Source of the DNA: Arenicellales bacterium
GTDB taxonomy: Bacteria > Pseudomonadota > Gammaproteobacteria > Arenicellales > JAANXG01
Assembly (NCBI GenBank): GCA_049583715.1
Contig: JBAUWJ010000152.1
Location: forward strand, 30 to 64,029
Reading direction: 5' to 3'
DNA length: 64,000 nucleotides
A model generated the notes under the pieces. It saw only the letters and a list, made by a program, of their open reading frames with translations. It was not told the DNA's origin and searched no databases. Shown piece by piece: positions 6,905-16,185 of this stretch. The position numbers and the translations under genes are program-made. The number at the start of each line of letters is the position of its first letter. The first letter of the stretch is position 1.

Positions 6905-7266
6905 CGAGATGGACGATCGCGACCGCCGGCGGCTCTGCGGAAAATACTCGCTGGAGGCCGAGTTCCGCGGCAGGGGGCGAATCGTACAAAAAGCGTTGCT
7001 GCACCGCAAGCACTCGATCCCCGCCGCCGGGCGCACAAGCAGTCAAGCCGGAACAGCTCCGGGAGCTCTCCTCCCATCCCGGAAAGTCCGGCATAACCCG
7101 GCGACACTTCGCCCGTTAAGGAGTTGATTTCATTGGGACTTCACCCGGTGTCACAAGCACTTGTAGTACACTACGGAACTCAATCGCGTGCCGGGGCAGT
7201 CCGCCCAGTCGCCGGATCGTTGCACCGTTCGCTGCAACTTCATACACACCTTCGCTGGCCACGACC

Positions 7267-8238
7267 ATGATCCCGACAGAGCTGCGCGGCTCTCCCCCAT
7301 CGGATGATGCTCCGAAGAGCCCGAAGTGGCTCGTGATCACCAGGCGCGCTCTGCACATCGGATTCGTGCTCGCGATCTGCGGCTATCTGGTCTACCGACT
7401 CTCCGAGCTCGGTTGGTACGAAGTACTCGCCTCGTTGCCGGTGTCCCCCTGGTTCTATGTCCTGTTCGTGGTGCGGTTTCTCAGTTTGCCGCTGTTCGAA
7501 ATCGTCATCTATCGGCGTTTCTGGCGGTTCTCCATCCCACGCTCGATTCCCGTGTTCCTGCGCAAGCGCGTCTACAACCACGCGCTTCTGGACTACTCCG
7601 GAGAGGCCTATTTCTATCTCTGGGCCCAGAAGAACTCCCGCGACCCCGAGACGAGAACCTTCTCGATTATCAAGGATGTGAACATCGCGTCGGCCATCGT
7701 CTCCATTGCGGTCATGATCGCGCTGCTGCTGGCCTTTGCCAATTCGAGCTCGGTTCACCAGATCGACAGGTTCTTTCCGTCCGCCAATGTTTACCTCTGG
7801 GTCTTCTCGTCGTTCAGCTTCGTCTCGCTGTGCTTCCTTGTCGCTTTCCGGCGCCGCGTCGTGTTCCTGCCGGCCACCGACATGGCGGCTGTGTCGGCAA
7901 TTCATATCGTGCGCCTCGCCGTGGTGCTTCTCCTTCAGGCCCTGCAGTGGTGGGTCGCGATACCGGCGGTGCCGCTCATGGACTGGCTGTTCTTCCTCAC
8001 GCTGTACATGGTTGTGGGGCGCCTGCCCTTCGTCCCAAGCAAGGATCTGACCTTCCTCGCCGTCGCCGTCGCGTTCGCCGGCACCGTACCGGCCGAGGAA
8101 ACCGCCATCAGCGCCATGTTCCTCGCCAACCTGGCCTTGTATCAGATCGCCAACCTGTTCGTGTATACGGGAACGTCCTTCAAGGACCACGCAATGTTCA
8201 TAGGCAAGGCCGAAAGACGGCAGTCCCGCCATGCCTAG
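7267..8238 (+). CDS. Polytopic inner-membrane protein, possibly UPF0104 / lysyl-PG-synthase-TM (flippase-like) family
   Basis: Seven or more hydrophobic helices, e.g. HIGFVLAICGYLVYRL and WFYVLFVVRFLSLPLFEIVIY. The motif NHALLDYSGEAYFYLWA resembles the N..P..GE signature of that family. The antisense ORF 7240-8433 is R/E/D/G-rich shadow. Confidence 0.5.
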   Translation: MIPTELRGSPPSDDAPKSPKWLVITRRALHIGFVLAICGYLVYRLSELGWYEVLASLPVSPWFYVLFVVRFLSLPLFEIVIYRRFWRFSIPRSIPVFLRKRVYNHALLDYSGEAYFYLWAQKNSRDPETRTFSIIKDVNIASAIVSIAVMIALLLAFANSSSVHQIDRFFPSANVYLWVFSSFSFVSLCFLVAFRRRVVFLPATDMAAVSAIHIVRLAVVLLLQALQWWVAIPAVPLMDWLFFLTLYMVVGRLPFVPSKDLTFLAVAVAFAGTVPAEETAISAMFLANLALYQIANLFVYTGTSFKDHAMFIGKAERRQSRHA

Positions 8239-9052
8239 CGCCTCCGGTGACACCACGGGGGGGATGATCCGGTCGAAAGCCGGTGGACCACACGGCGTCT
8301 CGACGATCAGCGCCCACGCCCTGCGGCTGGTCAGGTACTGTTGGCGCCTGGCGACACAACCGGACAGGGTCGTGCTGGATTCCAGCCGGCTGCTGGTCCC
8401 GGACATCTGCTCGGGCCAGGTGCGCCGCAGCATCTACGCCGGGCTGTACGAAGGCAGCGAGGTCAAAGCCGTAAGGAAGTTCGTCGGCGAGGGAGAGGTC
8501 GTCATCGATGCGGGTGCTTCAATCGGGTACCTGAGCCTCCAGATCGCCAGGATCGTCGGCTCCGATAATCTCTACGCCGTGGAAGCAAACCGGGACCTCC
8601 TGTCCCATATCGAAGCGAATTTCCGGGAGAATGGAGTTCCCTGCCCCCATCTGATTCACGGCCTGGTGTCCGCGCCCGGCCATACGGAGCGGCCTTTCAA
8701 CATATCCAGAGAGATCTGGTCGTCCTCCGTGCTGGATCGGGGGAACACGGCCAAGGTCGACGTCGTGCCCTGTGTCGATCTGGACGAGATGCTGGAAGAG
8801 ACGGGCGCCACGGTGCTGGTCTGCGACATAGAGGGGGGCGAATGCGAGCTGATCCAGCAATGCCGGTTCCCGGGGTTGAAAACGATCATCATGGAGCTTC
8901 ATCCGGACCTGTTCACGGGGCTCGACGTCCCCGGGGCCCTCGCCTCGCTGGGCGGCCGGAGTTTCGGCCTTCGCGAGATCGTCGACGGGAAAGTCTACGT
9001 ATTCACCCGTCAGGACGACCAGGAGCGATCGCGCAGCACCAGCTCGTCCTGA
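8231..9052 (+). CDS. FkbM-family SAM-dependent methyltransferase
   Basis: VVIDAGASIGYLSLQIAR and LVCDIEGGECELI...IIMELHP are typical FkbM motifs. There is an 8-nt overlap with the upstream membrane-protein gene. Confidence 0.7.
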   Translation: MPSASGDTTGGMIRSKAGGPHGVSTISAHALRLVRYCWRLATQPDRVVLDSSRLLVPDICSGQVRRSIYAGLYEGSEVKAVRKFVGEGEVVIDAGASIGYLSLQIARIVGSDNLYAVEANRDLLSHIEANFRENGVPCPHLIHGLVSAPGHTERPFNISREIWSSSVLDRGNTAKVDVVPCVDLDEMLEETGATVLVCDIEGGECELIQQCRFPGLKTIIMELHPDLFTGLDVPGALASLGGRSFGLREIVDGKVYVFTRQDDQERSRSTSSS

Positions 9053-9822
9053 CGCCGGCGGCGCAGCCGCGGGCCGAGAAACCCGTAGAAGTACCACTCT
9101 TTCATGGCGAACGGTGTCAGGTGGTAGAGGATCCGCTCCAGGAGGTCCCAGCGAACCGCCTTTCTGTCCTGCCTGCGGTCCGAGGGCATACACCACAGAT
9201 CGTAGTTGTAGACCGTGCGACCCAGGCGCAGGACGCGATTGACGAGCTCGTGATCCTTAACGACATAAGGCCAGACACGCCGCGAATAGCCGCCGGCACG
9301 CTTCAGGATCTCGGTGTTGAAGCACATGCCGTAACCGCCGGTGTGGCACTGATTGCGGAACACGCGGGACATGATCTGACCCTTGAGCCTGGCCAGTTTC
9401 GCGATACCGCTGCGGGGATGGGTATAGATGTCCATCGCCATGACGGCCGCTGTCTCCTCGTCGGCCCGCTCGAATATCGAGTCCGCGAGCGACAGGTAGT
9501 GAGGCGGGTAATAGGTGTCGGCGTCGCAGATGGCGACGTAATCCGTGTCCACCCCGGCGATGCCCGCCTCCAGGGCGTAGACCTGGCCCGGCCGGCGCTC
9601 ATTGAGAAACAGCACCTCGATGTCCTGCACGGCGGCGACCGCGCGGCGACAGATCAGCTCTGACGAGTCCGTCGAGCCGTTGTTCACGAGAATCAGCTTG
9701 AAGCCGCCCAGAGTCTGATCGAGCAGCGATCTCAGGGTGCGCTCGATGAACCGCTCTTCATTGAAATAAGGTATGACTACCGACCATGAGCGCCTGCTTG
9801 TCTGAGTCGGTGTTTTCTTCAT
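9010..9822 (-). CDS. Glycosyltransferase family 2
   Basis: MKKTPTQTSRRSWSVVIPYFNEERFIERTLRSLLDQT...LILVNNGSTDSS...ICDADTYYP (GT-A fold, DxD). I prefer the start at M (9822) over the track's 9930. Confidence 0.8.
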   Translation of the reverse strand: MKKTPTQTSRRSWSVVIPYFNEERFIERTLRSLLDQTLGGFKLILVNNGSTDSSELICRRAVAAVQDIEVLFLNERRPGQVYALEAGIAGVDTDYVAICDADTYYPPHYLSLADSIFERADEETAAVMAMDIYTHPRSGIAKLARLKGQIMSRVFRNQCHTGGYGMCFNTEILKRAGGYSRRVWPYVVKDHELVNRVLRLGRTVYNYDLWCMPSDRRQDRKAVRWDLLERILYHLTPFAMKEWYFYGFLGPRLRRRRQDELVLRDRSWSS

Positions 9823-10107
9823 GGCGTACCGGTCTGTGTGTTCAGAGTCTTCCCGCCGCGAACGGCCGCTGCAAGGCGCTGCGCCGTTCGGCAAACGAAG
9901 ACCGGGCTCGAAAACAAGTTGTGGATCCAAGACGGAAAACGTAGAATCCCGCGCCGAAAGGGAGAGTTCCTATAAGCCCTCGGGAGGCGAGTTTATCGGG
10001 ATTTTCAGCCGTCTTGTGCCCTGAAACCAGATCATAGCCAACTGATTAAATACAAACGCGTATTCGTAGTCAACGGAAGCTATCTGTACGTTTCTGACGG
10101 CTCGATC

Positions 10108-11205
10108 GTGACGTTGCGGCGTTTAGTGGATTTCCTCAGGGCAGGGGGCGTCGAAGTGACCGTAGTCTGCGGCGCCCGGTCCACCTCCGACGGGAGCTCG
10201 CACCCTGATTATATCGCCCAGGTACCGTCCGTCCCACTCCCCTTCGAGCCCGAGTATCGTCTTCCAGGCGGCTTGACGCGCACCGTAAAGCGGACGCTTC
10301 TCGCGAACCCCGACACCCTGATCCACCTGGGTGCGCCGGATACGCTGGCGGTTTCCTGCCTGCGCTTCGCCCGTCGCCATGGACTGCCCGTCGTCTCCTC
10401 CTTTCACAGCAATATCGTGTCGTATTTCCGCTATCTGCGGCTCCCCAGAGTCCTGGAGAGCCTCGGCTGGGCGTACTTTCGCTGGTTCTACGGGCGCTGC
10501 GACCAGGTATACGTCCCCACCGAATCCATGCGGGTGGAACTCGAGCGCCATGGGGTCCGGGCCAATTATCTGCTGTGGCCGCGGGGCGTGGACCGGGAGC
10601 GCTTCTCACCGGCCCACCGCTGCGAGGAATGGCGCTCGACCCACGGGGCGGCCCCCGAGGACATCATCGTCCTGTTCGTAGCGCGATTGAAATGGGAGAA
10701 GAATCTGAAGATGCTGTGCAGGATTATCGAGCGGCTCCACGCGCGATCCCCGCACATCAGGACCGTTATCGTCGGTGAAGGGGTCGCTTACAAGCACCTG
10801 ACACAGCATCTCCCCGAAACGCGGTTCACCGGGCGGCTGGGCGGCACCGAGCTGGCCAAGGCCTACGCCTCCTCGGATGTCTTTCTCTACCCCAGCACCA
10901 CGGATACCTTCGGCAACGTGACCCTGGAAGCCATGGCCTCGGGCCTGCCGGCGGTTTGCGCCGATGCGCCGGGCTCGCGGAACCTGGTGCGCTCGGGACA
11001 AACCGGCTATCTCGCGGACCCGGATTCCGTCGAGCAGTTCAGCGACTGCGTCACCCGGCTGGCGGAGGATACGGCGCTGCGGCGGCGGATGTCGCGGGCG
11101 GCCGTGCAGGACAGCGCCCGCTACGACTGGGATTCGGTCATGCACGCCATCTGCGGCTATTACGACGATCTGTACCAGCACAGACACACTGGCCCCAAAC
11201 ATTGA
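10108..11205 (+). CDS. Glycosyltransferase family 4 (GT-B, GT1-type); the true N-terminus probably lies upstream near 10042
   Basis: The C-terminal GT-B signature is VFLYPSTTDTFGNVTLEAMASGLPAV. The in-frame upstream peptide IKYKRVFVVNGSYLYVSDGS supplies the expected first beta-strand but has no ATG/GTG/TTG start. Confidence 0.75.
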   Translation: MTLRRLVDFLRAGGVEVTVVCGARSTSDGSSHPDYIAQVPSVPLPFEPEYRLPGGLTRTVKRTLLANPDTLIHLGAPDTLAVSCLRFARRHGLPVVSSFHSNIVSYFRYLRLPRVLESLGWAYFRWFYGRCDQVYVPTESMRVELERHGVRANYLLWPRGVDRERFSPAHRCEEWRSTHGAAPEDIIVLFVARLKWEKNLKMLCRIIERLHARSPHIRTVIVGEGVAYKHLTQHLPETRFTGRLGGTELAKAYASSDVFLYPSTTDTFGNVTLEAMASGLPAVCADAPGSRNLVRSGQTGYLADPDSVEQFSDCVTRLAEDTALRRRMSRAAVQDSARYDWDSVMHAICGYYDDLYQHRHTGPKH

Positions 11206-11241
11206 GGCGACCCCGGGACGCCCGGACCGAACGCGCCGGGT

Positions 11242-12834
11242 TCAGGAGCTGCGGCCGTCGATGAAACGCAGCTTGACCAGATCGTTTCCGTACGAGCCGG
11301 CGAGTTGCTTCAGCTCTCCGGCATTGCCTTGGAGGTCGACGATCTGGATGGTCGGGTCGATGAAGCCCATCGCGGGGAGGACGCCGCTGATCTGCAGCCT
11401 GGGCTTGTCCAACAGGGTCCTGTAGTAGGCCGCCCACTCGTCGTGGCTGGGGTAATGGACCCACAAGCTACTCGAGAGCATGATTCTCTCGTACTGAAAG
11501 CTCGATATCGCGGCGTATCGATAATGGTGTCCGCGCACGACCCCGGGCCGCAGGAAGGCTACGGAGACCTGGTCCGGGCGCGTATCCGTGAGAGTTTCAC
11601 ATTGCACACCGAAGCAGTCGCGCGTGTAGTGCTCGATCACGATCGGACCGGGTAAACGGTCCAGTATCCGCCCGGCGACGTCGCGGGTATCCAGGGCCAG
11701 CGCCTGATTGTACTTGCAGCTCAGGGAATACGCCGGCAGAGACAACAGGCACAGGGCCACCAACGGCAGAGCGGACCCCGGCTTCGGTCCCGGCCACGAC
11801 GCGACCTTCTCGAGCATCATCCCCGTGGTGATCGCCAGCAGGGGCACGAGGGGCATCGCATACCGCATGAAGTCCGGGAACGGCTTCATCGGGGTCGATT
11901 CGATCATCATGTAGTAGCCGCCGAGGGCGACCAGCAAGGTGCGGGTCGTCGTCGGATGGTCTCGCCATCCCAGCACCAGCCACAATGAAGCCACCAGGGC
12001 CGGAATCAGCAGCCACGAGGTCATGCCCGGCTGCAGGCTCGCAAGCAGATGAAAGGTCCACAGGAATTGGAACGGCAGGATTTTCGCCTGGTGGCCCTCG
12101 ATGGGATGGATCAACTCGTTGCCGAGCCCGTGTAGAAAGTTCCCGGGATCGAGAAACAGCGGCGCATTGACGACCAGAAATACCACGCAGGCCGTCAACA
12201 GCGCGCGACGCGTGGCCCGGCGAAAAGCTTCCTCATCGAAACCGTCCCCGGCGAGCCGCGGCACCGACCAGGCGAGCAGCAGCACGGCGGCGCCGATGTA
12301 CTTCGATGACATCGCGAGGCCCGAGGCCACCCCGAAAACCACCCATCGAAGCCGGGAAGGCACCCGGATCATGGCCATCAACGCGGCGAGGCTCAAGGTA
12401 GTGAAGCAGACGAACCAGGCGTCCTCCTTGAGGTAGTGCATGTGGACCACCGTCAACGGCGCTACAGCGGTGGCCAGCGCGCAGCCCAGGGCGGTGGCGC
12501 GGCCGACGAACCAGCGGGCGAGGAGATAACTTGCGAGCACGAAACCGATCCCGAACAAGGCAGCCACTTGGCGCCCCAGCAACAGCACCTGCTCAGCGTC
12601 TGACACATGTCGCAGCCACGCCGCCGCTTTGATGGTCAACAGCATGAGGATCGGGTGAAAGAAATCCTCCGTGCCCCGCAGAACGAACAACACCTTCTTG
12701 GCGCTCTCCGGATTATGCCCCGGGGAGTAGTCGATGTTCTGGTTGAAAAGGTGGTAACAGAAAGCGGCCAGCAACACCAGGACGACCGGCACCAGCCAGG
12801 CGCCGATCTCCGGTCTGCGGCCGGAGCTCAACAC
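11242..12834 (-). CDS. Polytopic membrane glycosyltransferase, GT-C fold (GT39/ArnT/PMT-like), putative
   Basis: About 12 predicted TM helices plus a soluble C-terminal domain, a general ArnT-like layout. The track ORF start (12933) overlaps tRNA-Gly. GTG at 12834 or ATG at 12645 are more plausible starts. Confidence 0.5.
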   Translation of the reverse strand: MLSSGRRPEIGAWLVPVVLVLLAAFCYHLFNQNIDYSPGHNPESAKKVLFVLRGTEDFFHPILMLLTIKAAAWLRHVSDAEQVLLLGRQVAALFGIGFVLASYLLARWFVGRATALGCALATAVAPLTVVHMHYLKEDAWFVCFTTLSLAALMAMIRVPSRLRWVVFGVASGLAMSSKYIGAAVLLLAWSVPRLAGDGFDEEAFRRATRRALLTACVVFLVVNAPLFLDPGNFLHGLGNELIHPIEGHQAKILPFQFLWTFHLLASLQPGMTSWLLIPALVASLWLVLGWRDHPTTTRTLLVALGGYYMMIESTPMKPFPDFMRYAMPLVPLLAITTGMMLEKVASWPGPKPGSALPLVALCLLSLPAYSLSCKYNQALALDTRDVAGRILDRLPGPIVIEHYTRDCFGVQCETLTDTRPDQVSVAFLRPGVVRGHHYRYAAISSFQYERIMLSSSLWVHYPSHDEWAAYYRTLLDKPRLQISGVLPAMGFIDPTIQIVDLQGNAGELKQLAGSYGNDLVKLRFIDGRSS

Positions 12835-12888
12835 AGGAAGGGTGCACCCGGCGGACAGGCCGGGACGGTGTACGGCACAGGGAAATTC

Positions 12889-12964
12889 TGGAGCGGGAAA
12901 CGAGGTTCGAACTCGCGACCTTCGCCTTGGCAAGGCGACGCTCTACCAGCTGAGCTATTCCCGC
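12889..12964 (-). tRNA. tRNA-Gly(GCC)
   Basis: GCGGGAATAGCTCAGCTGGTAGAGCGTCGCCTTGCCAAGGCGAAGGTCGCGAGTTCGAACCTCGTTTCCCGCTCCA folds as a cloverleaf. Anticodon loop UUGCCAA. Confidence 0.95.
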
Positions 12965-13028
12965 TGCGTAGAAGGGCGAGTAATTTTCTAGTCACATCCA
13001 GGCCTTGTCAAGTGCCGGGCCTCGAGGA

Positions 13029-13616
13029 TCAGGACGGCTCCTGCCCGCTCAGCGCGGGCCACGCGGATCTCAAATAGGCGAACATCGACCACAGAGTGAG
13101 GGCGGCCGCGAGATACAGCAACCATTCGCCCACGATGATGGTCGGTATACCCATGAACTTGTACTTGTACACGAGCATGGTGATGGCGACCATCTGCAGC
13201 AGCGTCTTGGACTTCCCGACCAGGGACACCGCGACGCTCGCGCGCTTGCCGAGCTCGGCCATCCATTCCCGCAGCGCCGACACGGTGATCTCGCGACCGA
13301 TGATCACCGCGGCGGTGATGGCGAACAGTATGCTGCTGAAGACCGAAGCCTGGATCTTGTGGTCTCCCACCAGCAGGACGAGGGCCGTCGTGACGATCAG
13401 CTTGTCCGCCACCGGGTCCAGGAATGCTCCGAAGGAGGAGGACTGCTCGAGTCGTCTGGCCAGAAAGCCGTCCAGCCAGTCCGTGACCCCGGCAATGATG
13501 AATATCCAGGCGGCCCACACCGGCGACCACGCGTAGGGCAGCCAGTACACGACCACGAAGACCGGGACCAGAGCGATCCGCAGCAGCGTCAATATATTCG
13601 GAATGGTATACGTCAC
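13029..13616 (-). CDS. pgsA: CDP-diacylglycerol--glycerol-3-phosphate 3-phosphatidyltransferase
   Basis: MTYTIPNILTLLRIALVP...GVTDWLDGFLARRL...GAFLDPVADKL, the CDP-alcohol phosphatidyltransferase motif. Confidence 0.93.
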   Translation of the reverse strand: MTYTIPNILTLLRIALVPVFVVVYWLPYAWSPVWAAWIFIIAGVTDWLDGFLARRLEQSSSFGAFLDPVADKLIVTTALVLLVGDHKIQASVFSSILFAITAAVIIGREITVSALREWMAELGKRASVAVSLVGKSKTLLQMVAITMLVYKYKFMGIPTIIVGEWLLYLAAALTLWSMFAYLRSAWPALSGQEPS

Positions 13617-13633
13617 GGCGCCGCGATTGTCTC

Positions 13634-15445
13634 CTATTGATGGAAGTGTTTGTAGATCCTGCGCGCCAGGTCCGAACTGATGCCGGGCACCTTCGAGAGG
13701 TCGTCTATTCCCGCCCTCTGAATCTCCTGGAGGCCACCCAGGTGCCTGAGCAGAGACTGGCGGCGCTTCTGGCCCACGCCGGGGATTTCCTGCAGCGAAG
13801 ACGTGACCCGCGCCCTGGCCCGCCGCCGCCGGTGCCCGGTAATGGCGAAACGATGGGCTTCGTCCCGGATTTGTTGAATGAGATGCAGGCCCGTCGAGTG
13901 GGCGCGGGGGCGGATCGCGTGTCTCGTCCCGGACACGTACAGCTTCTCGAAACCCGGCTTGCGGGTGGGTCCCTTGGCCACGGCCATGATCGAGACGCCG
14001 TCTATCTGCAATTCCTCGAGAACCTCCTCGGCAACGGCGAGCTGCCCTTTGCCCCCGTCGATGATCAGGAGGTCGGGAACGCGCCCCTCCCCGTCCTTGA
14101 GCTTCTTGTACCGGCGTGAGAGGGCTTCCCTCAACGCCGCGTAGTCATCGCCCGGCGCCCCGGGCTTGACGTTGTATCGACGGTAGTCCGCGGTCTCCGG
14201 GCCGCCCTCGTCGAAGACGACACAGGAAACGACGGCGGCCTCTCCCTGCGTGTGGCTCACGTCCACGCATTCCATGCGCTGCGGCACCGCCTCGAGGCCC
14301 AGGATGCGCTGCAGCGATTCGCGCTTTTCCACCTGGCCGGCCTGCTCACAGAGGTGCCCCGCGAGGTGATGACGGGCATTCTCCGTGGCGCTGTCGAGCA
14401 GGCGCGCCCTGCGTCCGCGCGGCCTCGCCTGGAGACGAACCTTCCGGCCTTCTCGCTCCGAGAGCATGCCTTCGATGAGTGCGGCGCCCCGCGGCGCCGG
14501 ATGCACCAGGATCTGAGGCGGCACGGGCTTGTCCAGGTAGAACTGTCCCAGGAAGGCGCTCATCACCTCCTCCGCCCGGGTCTCCAGGTTGATCCTGGGG
14601 AAGAAAGCCTTGCTGCCACTGTGCCGGCCGGACCGTACGAAGGTCACGTCGATGCAGGCCGCGCCGGCCTCCATCGCCAGGGCCACGACGTCCCAGTCGC
14701 CGTCGCCGCTGCTGATGGACTGCGTCTCCTGGATGCGCGCGAGGGAGCGGATCCGGTCGCGATACATGGCGGCGGTCTCGAAATCCATCTCGGACGATGC
14801 CTTCTCCATGGTATCCGACAGGTAGTGATGCAGCCTGTCATTCCGGCCCTCGAGAAACAGCACCGCCTGCTCTACGTCCCGCCGGTATCGCTCAGCGTCG
14901 ACATAGCCGACGCAGGGCGCGGTGCAGCGCTCGATCTGGTACTGCAGGCAGGGGCGCGAGCGGGTACGGTAGAAGGTGTCCTCGCACTGCCGGACGGGAA
15001 AGATCTTCTGGAGCTGCGCCAGGATCTCTCGCACCGCACCGGCGTTCGCGTAGGGACCGAAGTAGCGGCCCGGCTGGGAGCGGTTGCCGCGGTAGAAGCC
15101 GAGGCGGGGAAACTCGGTGCTGTCATCGAGATGGATGTAGGGATAGCTCTTGTCGTCCCGCAGCACGACGTTGTAGCGCGGCCGGTGCTTCTTGATGAGA
15201 TTGTTCTCGAGCAGCAGGGCCTCGCTTTCCGTGTGGGTCCTGATGACCTCGATGTTTGCGACGTGACGCATCATGGCCTGGGTCTTGGGCGGCAGCCCGC
15301 TCGAGCGGAAGTAGCTCGCGACCCGCTTCTTCAGGCTTCTGGCCTTGCCGACATAGATGGGTTCCCCCGCCGCGCTCATCATCTGATAAACGCCGGGAGA
15401 GTCGTCGAGGGTCGCCAGGAACGCTTTGGAATCGAATTCGGGCAT
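13634..15445 (-). CDS. uvrC: Excinuclease ABC subunit C
   Basis: 603 aa. N-terminal GIY-YIG (GVYQM...IYVGKA...LKKR), UVR domain, C-terminal (HhH)2. Confidence 0.95.
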   Translation of the reverse strand: MPEFDSKAFLATLDDSPGVYQMMSAAGEPIYVGKARSLKKRVASYFRSSGLPPKTQAMMRHVANIEVIRTHTESEALLLENNLIKKHRPRYNVVLRDDKSYPYIHLDDSTEFPRLGFYRGNRSQPGRYFGPYANAGAVREILAQLQKIFPVRQCEDTFYRTRSRPCLQYQIERCTAPCVGYVDAERYRRDVEQAVLFLEGRNDRLHHYLSDTMEKASSEMDFETAAMYRDRIRSLARIQETQSISSGDGDWDVVALAMEAGAACIDVTFVRSGRHSGSKAFFPRINLETRAEEVMSAFLGQFYLDKPVPPQILVHPAPRGAALIEGMLSEREGRKVRLQARPRGRRARLLDSATENARHHLAGHLCEQAGQVEKRESLQRILGLEAVPQRMECVDVSHTQGEAAVVSCVVFDEGGPETADYRRYNVKPGAPGDDYAALREALSRRYKKLKDGEGRVPDLLIIDGGKGQLAVAEEVLEELQIDGVSIMAVAKGPTRKPGFEKLYVSGTRHAIRPRAHSTGLHLIQQIRDEAHRFAITGHRRRRARARVTSSLQEIPGVGQKRRQSLLRHLGGLQEIQRAGIDDLSKVPGISSDLARRIYKHFHQ

Positions 15446-15457
15446 GTATCCGCTTCG

Positions 15458-16090
15458 CTATGCAAGGAGCTGACGAACTCGATCGAACACCTGCGCGAAC
15501 ATGGCTTCCGTCAAACGTCCCGTTTGCGTGTTGTACCGGCTGCAGTGATAGCTGTCCACCAGGGTCCTTCCCGCGGGCAGCTCATGGCGCGCCGCGTGAG
15601 CGAACCTGAACCCGGACTGCCTGAGGTCGAGCGCTCTGAGCACGGCGCGATGGGCGAGGACTCCCAATGCCAGAATGACAAGATCCGCCCGGGATTGTTC
15701 AATCTCCGACCTCAGGAAGCGGTTGCAGTTGATGACTTCCGAGTTCAAGGGCTTGTTCTCAGGCGGCAGGCATTTCACGGCGTTGGTGATCCGGCAGTCT
15801 CGAAGCGCCAGCCCGTCGTCCGCCGAGTGGGATTCCGGCCGGGTGGCGAATCCGAACCGGTGCAGGGTCCTGTAGAGCAGGATTCCGGCATAATCCCCGG
15901 TAAACGGCCGCCCGCTGGCATTGGCCCCGTGCTTGCCGGGCGCCAGGCCGACGATGAGGAGCCGGGCATCGGGGTCACCGAACGGGGCCACCGGGGCACA
16001 ATGGTAAGTGGGATGCTCGTTCGCGACGGCGCGCAGGAACTCCGCCAACCTGGCGCATCTGCGGCATCCCGGATCAAAGCTCGCGTTCAC
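15458..16090 (-). CDS. Uracil-DNA glycosylase superfamily protein (family 4/5-like)
   Basis: CRRCARL..., LLIVGLAPGKHGANASGRPFTGDYAG and the C-terminal SYHCSRYN motif. Confidence 0.8.
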   Translation of the reverse strand: MNASFDPGCRRCARLAEFLRAVANEHPTYHCAPVAPFGDPDARLLIVGLAPGKHGANASGRPFTGDYAGILLYRTLHRFGFATRPESHSADDGLALRDCRITNAVKCLPPENKPLNSEVINCNRFLRSEIEQSRADLVILALGVLAHRAVLRALDLRQSGFRFAHAARHELPAGRTLVDSYHCSRYNTQTGRLTEAMFAQVFDRVRQLLA

Positions 16091-16121
16091 ACGGGTAGTA
16101 TGCCAGAGAGGCTTGGGGCTG

Positions 16122-16151
16122 TTGCCGTGGCGGGCGCGCTTCCCCTAGAAT
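16122..16151 (+). promoter_or_regulatory. Candidate sigma70 promoter of efp
   Basis: TTGCCG at 16122-16127, 18-nt spacer, TAGAAT at 16146-16151, about 35 nt upstream of the efp start. Confidence 0.3.
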
Positions 16152-16185
16152 CGCGCTTCTCTTTCAACTCGATTGTGACAGACTT

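Noticed and set aside
6905-7266. Search for the promoter that must drive tRNA-Cys/tRNA-Leu after their separation from tRNA-Gly.
   Set aside because: Only weak hexamers with wrong spacing were found (for example TATTTT at about 6940 on the minus strand). They are not reported as features.
7240-8433. 397-aa minus-strand ORF, and the 313-aa plus ORF 7326-8267.
   Set aside because: Both are alternative frames of the membrane-protein gene 7267-8238. Only that frame gives coherent TM helices, while the others are Arg/Glu/Gly-rich.
12835-12933. N-terminal 33 codons of the track ORF 11242-12933.
   Set aside because: They overlap tRNA-Gly on the same strand, so the real start must be downstream (GTG 12834 or ATG 12645).
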